A stretch of 64,000 bases of DNA from Methanomassiliicoccales archaeon (GCA_016926075.1 JAFGPG010000069.1:10313-74312); one strand, 5' to 3'; shown: positions 47,933 to 55,925, counted from the first letter of the stretch. A program made the numbers and translations. Notes: generated from the sequence alone by a model not told the origin.

Positions 47933-48676
47933 TTGGTGGATCGTATGCGACAGCTCGAGATCGCCCCCGGTCTGAGCATCACCAACGACCGCTGCGCCCT
48001 CCTGACCCGCTCCCGCACCCTGGTACTGGGCGACCTACACCTGGGCATAGAGGCCAGCCTGGAGCTGGAAGGGCTGCAGCTGCCCCGGGTGCAAGGGGCC
48101 ACCATGCACCAACGCCTGTCCTCCGCCGTCGAGGCCTTCCGACCCGAGCGCATAGTGGTGCTAGGAGACCTGAAGCACGAGTTCTCTCGCAATCTGGACC
48201 AGGAATGGAGGGAGGTGCGCGGCATGCTGGAGCACATGCTCTCCCTGGCCCAGGTGACCGTGGTACGGGGCAACCATGACAATTACCTGGCCAACATCAC
48301 CTCCCGTATGGGGGTGGAACTGGTGGAGGGACTGAGGGTGGACGGCTATCACCTGACGCACGGCCACCTCCCCGTCTCCGAAAGGCCTCTCGTCCAAGGG
48401 CATGAGCATCCCTCGGTCCGCCTCATGGACGGAGTGGGGGGGCACATCAAATTGCCCGCCTTCCTTCACCTGCCCGGGGAGGGGGTGCTCATCATTCCAG
48501 CCTTCAGTCCGCTGGTCACAGGCAACGACATCAACAATCTGTCCCCCCAAGACATGCTCTCCCCCGGCCTTCGCAGCGTGGACCTTGAGCCGGCCGAGGT
48601 CTTCGGTTGCAGCGACATCGGCCTCATCCGGCTGGGGACCAAGGGCGGCCTGCTCGCACGCACTGGAGGACGATAG
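47933..48676 (+). CDS. calcineurin-like metallophosphoesterase (SbcD/Mre11-related small family)
   Basis: 247 aa with VLGDLHLG, VVLGDLKHEF, VRGNHDNYL and THGH. GTG 47933 or ATG 47942. Confidence 0.8.
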   Translation: MVDRMRQLEIAPGLSITNDRCALLTRSRTLVLGDLHLGIEASLELEGLQLPRVQGATMHQRLSSAVEAFRPERIVVLGDLKHEFSRNLDQEWREVRGMLEHMLSLAQVTVVRGNHDNYLANITSRMGVELVEGLRVDGYHLTHGHLPVSERPLVQGHEHPSVRLMDGVGGHIKLPAFLHLPGEGVLIIPAFSPLVTGNDINNLSPQDMLSPGLRSVDLEPAEVFGCSDIGLIRLGTKGGLLARTGGR

Positions 48677-48722
48677 TACCATATCCCCTTTAGAAGATGC
48701 AGGGGCGATGAAGGAGGATCAC

Positions 48723-49658
48723 ATGGAAGGGCGCCGCGTGCTCATCACCGGTGGTGCGGGCTTCATCGGCTCGCATCTGGCGGAGGCCCTGTGCGAAAGG
48801 AACGAGGTCATCGTGCTGGACGACCTCTCCAGCGGTCGGAGGGAGAACCTGCAGGGGATGGAGGTGGAGCTGGTCCAGGGCAGCATCAGGGACCCTGAAC
48901 TGGTCCGAAGGACCATGGAAGGGGTAGACTATGTCTTCCACGAGGCGGCCATCGCCTCAGTGCCGAAGAGCCTGGACGATCCTATCGCAAGCAATCAGGT
49001 CAACGTCTGCGGCACCCTGAGGGTGCTCTGCGAGGCCCGGGAGGCCAAGGTGCGCAAGCTGGTCTTCGCCTCCTCCGCGGCCATATATGGGGATGCCCCT
49101 ACGGAGATCAAGAGGGAGGGGGACCCTCCAGTGCCCATATCCCCTTACGCGGTCACCAAGCTCACCGGGGAGCTCTATTGCCGTAACTTCTGGGTCAATT
49201 TCGGACTGCCCACCTGCTGTCTGCGTTATTTCAACGTCTACGGCCCCCGCCAGGACCCCTCCTCCGAGTACGCCGCAGCGGTCCCCCGCTTCATTGACGC
49301 CGCCAGTAGGGGTCAGCCCCTCACCATATACGGGGACGGGGAGCAGACCCGGGACTTCACCTACGTGGGCGACGTGGTGCAGGCCAACATCCTGGCCGCC
49401 CTGGACGTTGATCATAACGGAGAGGTGTTCAACGTCGCGCGCCAGGAGGCCGTCTCCGTGAACGAGCTGGCCAGGACCGTCCTGGAGCTCTTTGGGCGAG
49501 AGGTGGAGGGGGGAACGGTCCATCTCCCTCCGCGACAGGGCGACGTACGCCATTCGATGGCCGACATTAGCAGGGCCCGGGCCGATCTGGGATATCATCC
49601 GGAATTCGACATGCGCAGGGGGCTGGAACTGACCTTACAGGCCCTTGAGAACCGATGA
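48723..49658 (+). CDS. NAD-dependent nucleotide-sugar epimerase/dehydratase (GalE-like SDR)
   Basis: Real part of track ORF 48402..49658. ATG 48723 has AAGGAGGA 5 nt upstream (alternative ATG 48708). ITGGAGFIGSH; YxxxK as YAVTK. Confidence 0.88.
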   Translation: MEGRRVLITGGAGFIGSHLAEALCERNEVIVLDDLSSGRRENLQGMEVELVQGSIRDPELVRRTMEGVDYVFHEAAIASVPKSLDDPIASNQVNVCGTLRVLCEAREAKVRKLVFASSAAIYGDAPTEIKREGDPPVPISPYAVTKLTGELYCRNFWVNFGLPTCCLRYFNVYGPRQDPSSEYAAAVPRFIDAASRGQPLTIYGDGEQTRDFTYVGDVVQANILAALDVDHNGEVFNVARQEAVSVNELARTVLELFGREVEGGTVHLPPRQGDVRHSMADISRARADLGYHPEFDMRRGLELTLQALENR

Positions 49659-49761
49659 GAGCAACACTCCGAGCGATCGCCGGGGACCCCTTTCATCGCG
49701 TGGCCGAACGCTCATCGAAACTTAATTACGCTGGGAGGCCTATTTTACATTCGAGGTTTTG

Positions 49762-49857
49762 ATGGCGGAGTGCATTGTTTGCGGGTGCGTTCTAAAGAAG
49801 CACCAGGACAAATGCCCCATATGCGGAGCTTCTCAGACCGAAGATGATGATTATTGA
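49762..49857 (+). CDS. 31-aa zinc-ribbon mini-protein
   Basis: Below the track cutoff. MAECIVCGCVLKKHQDKCPICGASQTEDDDY has two CxxC knuckles 10 residues apart. GAGG lies 6-9 nt upstream. Confidence 0.5.
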   Translation: MAECIVCGCVLKKHQDKCPICGASQTEDDDY

Positions 49858-50309
49858 CCGCCTGTCGGGGTCCGTTTCGGCCATTTCGGGGACAGGTCCA
49901 GTCGAATGACTCCACGTCCATGTGATCGCTTGTTCTTTCCTAAGCTCACCGAGGGACTAGGGGCATTGGGATCACCGCACTGTGCGGACAAGGTCCCAGG
50001 TCAAAGGCCCTCTGTGCAGCTCCACAGTACCGCCAAGCGTATCGCCGCCTACCTCCCTCCGCCCCATCTTGAAGAACGTCGAGGAGATCGGAGCGTAAGG
50101 GCGCGTTTTGCGGTGCTATGGTATGGATCGTAAGGTCGCTGCAATGAAGTCCTAGCTAAATGCGTACAGAGATTTAAATGAAGATAGCCGTCCATGGCAG
50201 CAACGGCTTAGCGGTCCACGTATGTGAAAAAACTGAGATATATTATCTCGATAAAAAAATGAAACGTATGCGGATAAACAGCATTAACAATAGTAGATGG
50301 CACGTCAAT

Positions 50310-50364
50310 ATGGATGTATTATCCATCCATCCAAAACGGCATGGATATTTCATCCATCCATCCA
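50310..50364. promoter_or_regulatory. tandem palindromic operator candidate: 2 x ATGGAT-N5-ATCCAT(CCATCCA), 31 bp apart
   Basis: Copy 1: ATGGAT 50310-50315 / ATCCAT 50321-50326, extended to (ATCC)3A at 50321-50333. Copy 2: ATGGAT 50341-50346 / ATCCAT 50352-50357, extended at 50352-50364. Immediately upstream of the TATA-like box of the corrinoid gene. Confidence 0.6.
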
Positions 50365-50376
50365 AGGGTTTATTAC

Positions 50377-50424
50377 TTTAAATTGAAATTGGGACACAGA
50401 AAACATCTTAGGAGGAAAACTGAA
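50377..50424 (+). promoter_or_regulatory. TATA-like box and SD of the corrinoid protein gene
   Basis: TTTAAATT at 50377-50384, about 41-48 nt before the ATG. GGAGG at 50411-50415, 9 nt before ATG 50425. Confidence 0.55.
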
Positions 50425-51060
50425 ATGGCAAACTTCGACGCATTGATCGAAATAGTTGTTAAGGGGAAAATCAAGGAGGCCAAGGGAGAGACCCAGAAGC
50501 TCCTTGATTCGGGGATCTCCGCAAAAGAAATCATCTTCAACGGGCTAAGTGAGGCCATGAAGATAGTGGGCGACAAGTACGAGAAGAAGGAGTACTTCCT
50601 GCCTCAGGTTCTTCTTTCGGCGCAGACCCTGTACCAGGGATTGAACTTAGCCTTGCCAAAGTTGGACAAGACCTCGGCCGATGCAGCCGGTAAGATCGTC
50701 ATCTGCGTGGTCGAAGGTGATGTGCACGATATCGGCAAGAACATCTGCAAGGCCCTGCTGACCGGCGCCGGTAACACCATGTTCGACCTGGGCCGCGATG
50801 TGCCCCTGAAGGACATTGTAGACAAGGCCAAGACCGAGAGCGCCCAGATCATAGCCACCTCGACCCTTATGACCCCCACCCTGGCGGGCATGAAGGAGAT
50901 CGAGAAGATGCTCAAAGAGGGCGGCTTAAAGGGACAGATCAAGACCATGGTCGGTGGCGGTGCCACTTCCCCGGACTTCGCCAAGTCCATCGGTGCAGAC
51001 GGCTGGGGCTACGACGCCAACGAGGCCGTCCGCGTGGCCATTGACCTGCTGAAGAAGTAA
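50425..51060 (+). CDS. methyltransferase-cognate corrinoid (B12-binding) protein, MtaC/MtbC/MtsB family
   Basis: 211 aa, the real part of track ORF 50314..51060. Contains an N-terminal helical cap, VEGDVHDIGKN (DxHxxG), ATSTLMT (SxL) and MVGGG. Strong SD and highly-expressed-looking codon usage. Confidence 0.9.
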   Translation: MANFDALIEIVVKGKIKEAKGETQKLLDSGISAKEIIFNGLSEAMKIVGDKYEKKEYFLPQVLLSAQTLYQGLNLALPKLDKTSADAAGKIVICVVEGDVHDIGKNICKALLTGAGNTMFDLGRDVPLKDIVDKAKTESAQIIATSTLMTPTLAGMKEIEKMLKEGGLKGQIKTMVGGGATSPDFAKSIGADGWGYDANEAVRVAIDLLKK

Positions 51061-51062
51061 AA

Positions 51063-51090
51063 GGGGCATACGCCCCGTCACATTTTTTTT
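51063..51090 (+). terminator. hairpin plus T8 terminator after the corrinoid gene
   Basis: GGGGC-ATAC-GCCCC (51063-51076), then TTTTTTTT (51083-51090), starting 3 nt after the stop. Confidence 0.65.
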
Positions 51091-51179
51091 ATCACCAATT
51101 GTTAATATAATATATTTACAATAAAAATTTTGTGCACTCTATTATACAGGAAGGTCATGCCTATACTAGGAGCGTTCCC

Positions 51180-51995
51180 ATGAGCGATAATGGCATATCG
51201 GTAGAGAAGGAACTGCTGGAACTGAAGGACCGGGTGAAGGAGATGGACATGGGGTTGAGACACATACTAGCCCTCTTACAGACCTCACCGCCCCTGTCCC
51301 ATCCCGTCGACCGGACGTTCCTCCTGCTGCGGGAGGAGGCCAGAGATAGGGCGCTCACCCGTCTGGACGCGGGAATGGTAAAAAGATGCGAACTGCGCAA
51401 GGACTGTCGACATAAGTTCGCCGATTTCCTGGAACGGAACCTGGAGCTGCTCGACCTTCCGCGTATAGAGGAGGACAACATCCTATCGCGCATGGAGGAG
51501 CTGGAGGCCATGAGGTCCAAGGCGGTGCCCGGACGATGTGACGACTGCTTTGACGAGGTGGGCACGCTCTTCAGGCAGCAACAGGAGCTGATGAAGGCGC
51601 TGAGACTATACCGAAGCCATGAGGAGGTGAGGCAGAGCCTGGACACGCTTCCGGAGGCGGAGGTGGTGAAGGAACTGCTCGAACCCCTATCTAATGTTCA
51701 ACGACTGAACATAATGAAATCCCTGGTCAAGGCCCCCCGCTCCTTCTCCGAGCTTTCCTCTGTCACCAACCTGCGCGGTGGCAACCTGCTGTACCATCTG
51801 CAGCGACTGACCGCGACGCAGATGATCGTTCAGAGGGGCGGCCGGGGCGACTATGCGCTCTCCGAGAGAGGGACCAGGGCCCTAGAGATGGTCAACGACC
51901 TGTACCTGAGGACCCTGACCACAGCGACGGGGAAGGTGACGGAGAAGGCAGATCAGGGTCGTACTGTGATGGGACCAAGTCCTCCTTGCCCATGA
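51180..51995 (+). CDS. ArsR-type wHTH regulator with a long N-terminal coiled-coil / 4-Cys domain
   Basis: ATG 51180 (track GTG 51132). C-terminal LEPLSNVQRLNIMKSLVKAPRSFSELSSVTNLRGGNLLYHLQRLTATQMI is an ArsR HTH. N-terminal ~165 aa are heptad-rich with Cx5C (C70, C76) and CxxC (C120, C123). Confidence 0.8.
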   Translation: MSDNGISVEKELLELKDRVKEMDMGLRHILALLQTSPPLSHPVDRTFLLLREEARDRALTRLDAGMVKRCELRKDCRHKFADFLERNLELLDLPRIEEDNILSRMEELEAMRSKAVPGRCDDCFDEVGTLFRQQQELMKALRLYRSHEEVRQSLDTLPEAEVVKELLEPLSNVQRLNIMKSLVKAPRSFSELSSVTNLRGGNLLYHLQRLTATQMIVQRGGRGDYALSERGTRALEMVNDLYLRTLTTATGKVTEKADQGRTVMGPSPPCP

Positions 51996-52042
51996 CCGTT
52001 CACGGAACGGGCGCGGCTACGTAAGTTCTATTAATATTCAAT

Positions 52043-53437
52043 ATGGTCACCCTCAGCAAAGGGGAGAGTGGAGGAATGAGGACACCATCCAGCCGCATTA
52101 TCATCGGTCTGATATTGGGCTGGGTCCTGACCTTCGAGGGCTTCTTCGCCCTGTCCGTCGCGGACTCGGCGACCATTGCGGGCTTCGGAGGGATCAAGGG
52201 GACAACATTCACCACGGCCGCGGTGCAGTTGGTCCTTCTGGGCGTCATCATCTCCATCAGTTGGGCTTTCCAGTCCTGCAAGTTCGGTATCCACCTTTCC
52301 CTGCCGCCCAAGGTCATGACGGCCACGGTCTATCTGACCATGCTCCTGGTCACGATGGAAGGGCTGGTCGTGGTGCTCCTGGCCGGGGACGTCACGGTCG
52401 CCGGTTGGGGAACGGTGGGCAAGGAGTACATCGCCTTGGTCGGAGCGCAGATGTGCGCCCTGGGACTCCTCTCCCTCCGCAACTGGAGACTACGGGAAAC
52501 CCCACCCACCAACTGGGCCGTGGACCTGCTCGGTTCTCTGGCCGCCGTTCTGCTGGTATTGGAAGGGTTGACCGCCATGGGCATCGCCGGTAGGACCGTC
52601 ATCGAGGATTTCGGAGGGATAGGGGGAGGCACCTTCTACCTGGCAGGGATACAGCTCTTGCTATTGGGCCTCTTGCTGTTCATCATGTGGACCTTACCGC
52701 CCCGACTTTCCTTCTCCCGACTAGGTAGGTTGCTGAGCGATAGATGGTCCTGGGTCATAGTGATGACCTTGGGAACGCTGGCGGCATTGGAAGCATTGGT
52801 CGCTTCCACCCTGGCCGGGAGGATGGTCATCGCGGACATTGGCAGCATCTCCAAGATATACGTGGTGGTCGGATGCTCCCAGTTATTCGTTCTCGGCCTG
52901 GCAGCCCCGTTGCTCTGGAAGCTTCGCAACGCTTCTCTCGACCGCAGGGCGCTCCTGGACCTCCTGAACGTCACCGCCATGACCGTGCTGGCCTTCGAAG
53001 GGGTCTTCGCCATAGGTCTGGCGGCCCAGACCCATATCGATGGCCTGGGCATCATACGGGAGCGGACCTTCCTCCTGGCCGGAGCGCAGTTGCTGGTCCT
53101 GTCCCTACTAGGCCTGTCCGCTTTTTTTGTCCAGGGAAACCTGCTCCTGGGCAGGTTGGGCAACAGAGCTTTCTCCTCACTGCCCGTCGCAGTCCTGACC
53201 TTGATCGGGCTGGAAGGGTTGGCGGTGACGCTCCTAGCGTCCAATATGAACATCTCAGATTTCGGGGGAATAAGGGAACGTTATGTTCTGCTAGGAGGGG
53301 TTCAGATGGTCCTGCTCTCAACGACGGCCCTACTCCTTTGGGTTCGTTCGCGCCGTATCCCGCCCAGGTGCATGAAGGTGGCCATATCGGCCGCGATCTT
53401 CCTTGTGCTCATGATCCCGATAGCCATTCTTCTTTGA
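52043..53437 (+). CDS. polytopic membrane protein built from six tandem ~72-aa two-helix repeats (unknown family)
   Basis: 464 aa. Each repeat reads helix-with-Glu (xxEGxx), loop (I/V)x(D/G)(F/W/I/L)G(G/T/S)I, then helix (G/A)xQ(L/M)xxLxLL...W. The Glu residues sit at aa 32, 106, 174, 250, 319 and 391. Alternative start ATG 52076. Confidence 0.8.
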   Translation: MVTLSKGESGGMRTPSSRIIIGLILGWVLTFEGFFALSVADSATIAGFGGIKGTTFTTAAVQLVLLGVIISISWAFQSCKFGIHLSLPPKVMTATVYLTMLLVTMEGLVVVLLAGDVTVAGWGTVGKEYIALVGAQMCALGLLSLRNWRLRETPPTNWAVDLLGSLAAVLLVLEGLTAMGIAGRTVIEDFGGIGGGTFYLAGIQLLLLGLLLFIMWTLPPRLSFSRLGRLLSDRWSWVIVMTLGTLAALEALVASTLAGRMVIADIGSISKIYVVVGCSQLFVLGLAAPLLWKLRNASLDRRALLDLLNVTAMTVLAFEGVFAIGLAAQTHIDGLGIIRERTFLLAGAQLLVLSLLGLSAFFVQGNLLLGRLGNRAFSSLPVAVLTLIGLEGLAVTLLASNMNISDFGGIRERYVLLGGVQMVLLSTTALLLWVRSRRIPPRCMKVAISAAIFLVLMIPIAILL

Positions 53438-53490
53438 GGTCCTTAAATTAATCTTAAATATCGATTCCTCTTTCCTTAGGGATTGTTAAT

Positions 53491-55467
53491 ATGACGAGGC
53501 GGAGATTAGGGCTGGGAATAGACACCGGTGGTACCTACACCGATGCGGCGGTGGTGGACATGAGCGACCTGACGGTCTTGGCCAAGGCCAAGTCCCCCAC
53601 CACCTACCACGACCTATCCATCGGGGTCATGGGAGCCATCGACGGCATACTGGAACAGAAGACCTATGACCTGGAGGACATCGCCTTCGTCGGTCTCTCC
53701 ACCACTCTGGCCACCAACTCCATACTTACCGGCAAAGGGGGAAAGGTAGGGCATATCGGTATCGGGTGGACCCCCCAGCCCAACTTCAGCTCCGGAGCGG
53801 ACATGGACGCCTATGTCAAGGGAGGGCACGGGGTGTGGGCCCAGCAGCAGGAGCCTCTGGACATCGAGGCTGTTATGGAGGCCATCGAGAGGATGAAGGG
53901 AGAGGTGGACTCCTTCGTCGTTTCCGCGCACTTCAGCGTTTACAATCCGGTACATGAGAGGGATGTCGCCGAACTCATCAAGAAGATGAGCGGCCTACCC
54001 GTTGTGCTGGGGCATCAGCTCAGTTCCGAGCTGGGGGTCCCCCAGCGTTCCGTCACCGCCGTGCTCAACGCGCGGCTCCTGCCCGTCATATCAGAGTTCC
54101 TGGAGGGGGTGGAGAGGTCCCTTACCGAACGGGGGGTCACCGCCACTATACTGGTGTTCAAGGGCGACGGTACTTTGATGAACCTGAACATGGCCCGGGA
54201 GAGACCGGTGGAGACCATACTCTCCGGGCCAGCGGCCAGCCTCATGGGCGGCAAGATGCTGTGCAACGAGCAGAACTGCATAGTGGTGGACATAGGGGGC
54301 ACATCCACCGACATCGCCTATCTCGACGATGGGTTCCCCCGCATATCCAAGGAAGGGGCCTCCGTGGGCAATTGGCGCACCAGGGTGAAGGCCATCGACA
54401 TATGGACGGTGGGCTTGGGAGGGGACTCCCACGTCATCTCGGACCAGAGGGGCATGTTCAAGATCGGACCGGAGAGGGTCATCCCCCTGGCCATCGCCGC
54501 CTCCAGCCATCCGTTCATCAAGGAGAAGATGGTGACCACCAGCGAGACGAACTACTATCTGCACGTGGAGAGGGACACCAGCAAGCTGACCTCTCGGGAG
54601 AAGGAGATCTACGACTTCGTCAAGGCCAATCCCATGTGCACCCTGAACGAGATCAGGATGGGCGCACCGGAGGTCTACAACTACCGCAACATAGTGAACA
54701 GGATCAAGGAGCGCGGGTTCCTGCAGATGACCGGGCTCACCCCCACCGATTTCATGCACGTACAGGGCACCTTCGATCGCTTCGACACGGAGGCCGCCCG
54801 CCTGGGCGTGGAGTTCATGGCCAACTGGGGACACATGTCCAAAGAGGATTACATGAACGCCTTCCAGAAGGAGATGATCACCAGAGTGGGTGAGGAGGTC
54901 ATGCGGAAGGTCATCCTGGACGAGGTGGGGGAGGTCTCGGAGAACGGCGGCTTCAACTATCTCCTGCGGGCCACGGTGAACGGCAACAACGGGAGCAGCA
55001 TCACCGCTAGGACCAAGCTTGACCGGCCTCTGGTGGGCATTGGGGCGCCCACGCACATCTACATGCCTCCCCTGGAGGACAGGATGGAGGTCAAGGTCAT
55101 CATCCCCCGGGACCACGACGTGGGGAATGCGGTAGGGGCGGTGTGCAGTCAGATATCAGAGACCATCAGCGTTCAGGTGTACCCGGACAAGGACAATCGC
55201 TTCTTCGTGCTCACCCCCTTCGGTCCTCCCAGGACCTTCACGCACATCTCCTCGGCGCTCGAGAGCGCACGCCGTCAGGCCGAGGAATGGGTCCGTAGGA
55301 GGGCCTACGAGGCGGGGGCGGAGAACATACGCGTGCGCAGCGATACCTACGAGAACACCTACTACGGCGGATTCCTGGTCGAGGGGGAGCAGACCGCCTG
55401 GATCGACGTGGTGGCCCGGGCCACCGGGGAACCACGTGTCCAGCCCAGGAAGAACAGCTCACTCTAG
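53491..55467 (+). CDS. hydantoinase/oxoprolinase-family (ASKHA ATPase fold) protein
   Basis: 658 aa. LGIDTGGTYTDAAVVD N-terminus and VDIGGTSTDIA second phosphate motif. Confidence 0.8.
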   Translation: MTRRRLGLGIDTGGTYTDAAVVDMSDLTVLAKAKSPTTYHDLSIGVMGAIDGILEQKTYDLEDIAFVGLSTTLATNSILTGKGGKVGHIGIGWTPQPNFSSGADMDAYVKGGHGVWAQQQEPLDIEAVMEAIERMKGEVDSFVVSAHFSVYNPVHERDVAELIKKMSGLPVVLGHQLSSELGVPQRSVTAVLNARLLPVISEFLEGVERSLTERGVTATILVFKGDGTLMNLNMARERPVETILSGPAASLMGGKMLCNEQNCIVVDIGGTSTDIAYLDDGFPRISKEGASVGNWRTRVKAIDIWTVGLGGDSHVISDQRGMFKIGPERVIPLAIAASSHPFIKEKMVTTSETNYYLHVERDTSKLTSREKEIYDFVKANPMCTLNEIRMGAPEVYNYRNIVNRIKERGFLQMTGLTPTDFMHVQGTFDRFDTEAARLGVEFMANWGHMSKEDYMNAFQKEMITRVGEEVMRKVILDEVGEVSENGGFNYLLRATVNGNNGSSITARTKLDRPLVGIGAPTHIYMPPLEDRMEVKVIIPRDHDVGNAVGAVCSQISETISVQVYPDKDNRFFVLTPFGPPRTFTHISSALESARRQAEEWVRRRAYEAGAENIRVRSDTYENTYYGGFLVEGEQTAWIDVVARATGEPRVQPRKNSSL

Positions 55468-55788
55468 GAAGAGGACCTCGTTGGACCTCTGGGCCAGGGC
55501 CCTAGACCGGGCGACGAGCCCGGCCTCCACCCAGGCCGCGCTGAGCAGGCCCGCGGGCACCAGGCAGTTGGCGCTCATCTTGACCTCCCGCATGCGATCG
55601 AAGACCCTGCTATGGGACTTGTCCGTAAGGTCATCCATGGTCAGGACCTCCAGGGTCCTGGCGAACTCCCGCACGTTGGGACAGGGGCTCTCCACCCTGA
55701 TGTTGAAGGTACCGTCGCCGTTGTCGGAAGCCTCCACCACGGTCTCATGTGAGCACACCCTCATCTCGATTCGGACCTTGGATACCAT
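55459..55788 (-). CDS. 109-aa hypothetical protein with three Cys
   Basis: MVSKVRIEMRVCSHETVVEASDNGDGTFNIRVESPCPNVREFARTLEV...MSANCLVPAGLLSAAWVEAGL. Good codon usage, no family recognised. The 3' end overlaps the hydantoinase-like gene by 9 nt (convergent). Confidence 0.6.
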   Translation of the reverse strand: MVSKVRIEMRVCSHETVVEASDNGDGTFNIRVESPCPNVREFARTLEVLTMDDLTDKSHSRVFDRMREVKMSANCLVPAGLLSAAWVEAGLVARSRALAQRSNEVLFLE

Positions 55789-55925
55789 GGAACTCAGCTA
55801 TTTCGAGAATATTTCAAATGGTATTTATTGTCTACATTAACATCGTTAAATCCATCATGGAAAGGTTATTATACACTCGATGACCGTTTACTGTTTCAAA
55901 TAATATCGAAATTGTAGGTGGCTTG
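55789..55925. promoter_or_regulatory. AT-rich divergent promoter region containing palindrome TCCAT-C-ATGGA
   Basis: AT-rich island. Palindrome at 55851-55861, TATA-like ttattataca downstream, SD GTAGGTGG before ATG 55926. Confidence 0.5.

Noticed and set aside
49861-50160. Considered as SRP (7S) RNA, RNase P RNA or tRNA-Pyl
   Set aside because: It lacks the conserved helix-8 GGAA/AGCA-type motif of SRP RNA (only a loose CCAGGTCAAAGG). It lacks the GGAAAGTCC CR-I box of RNase P RNA. It has no CUA-anticodon cloverleaf. It is kept only as an unexplained ORF-free region.
54091-55116. 341-aa minus ORF
   Set aside because: It is antisense to the hydantoinase-like gene.
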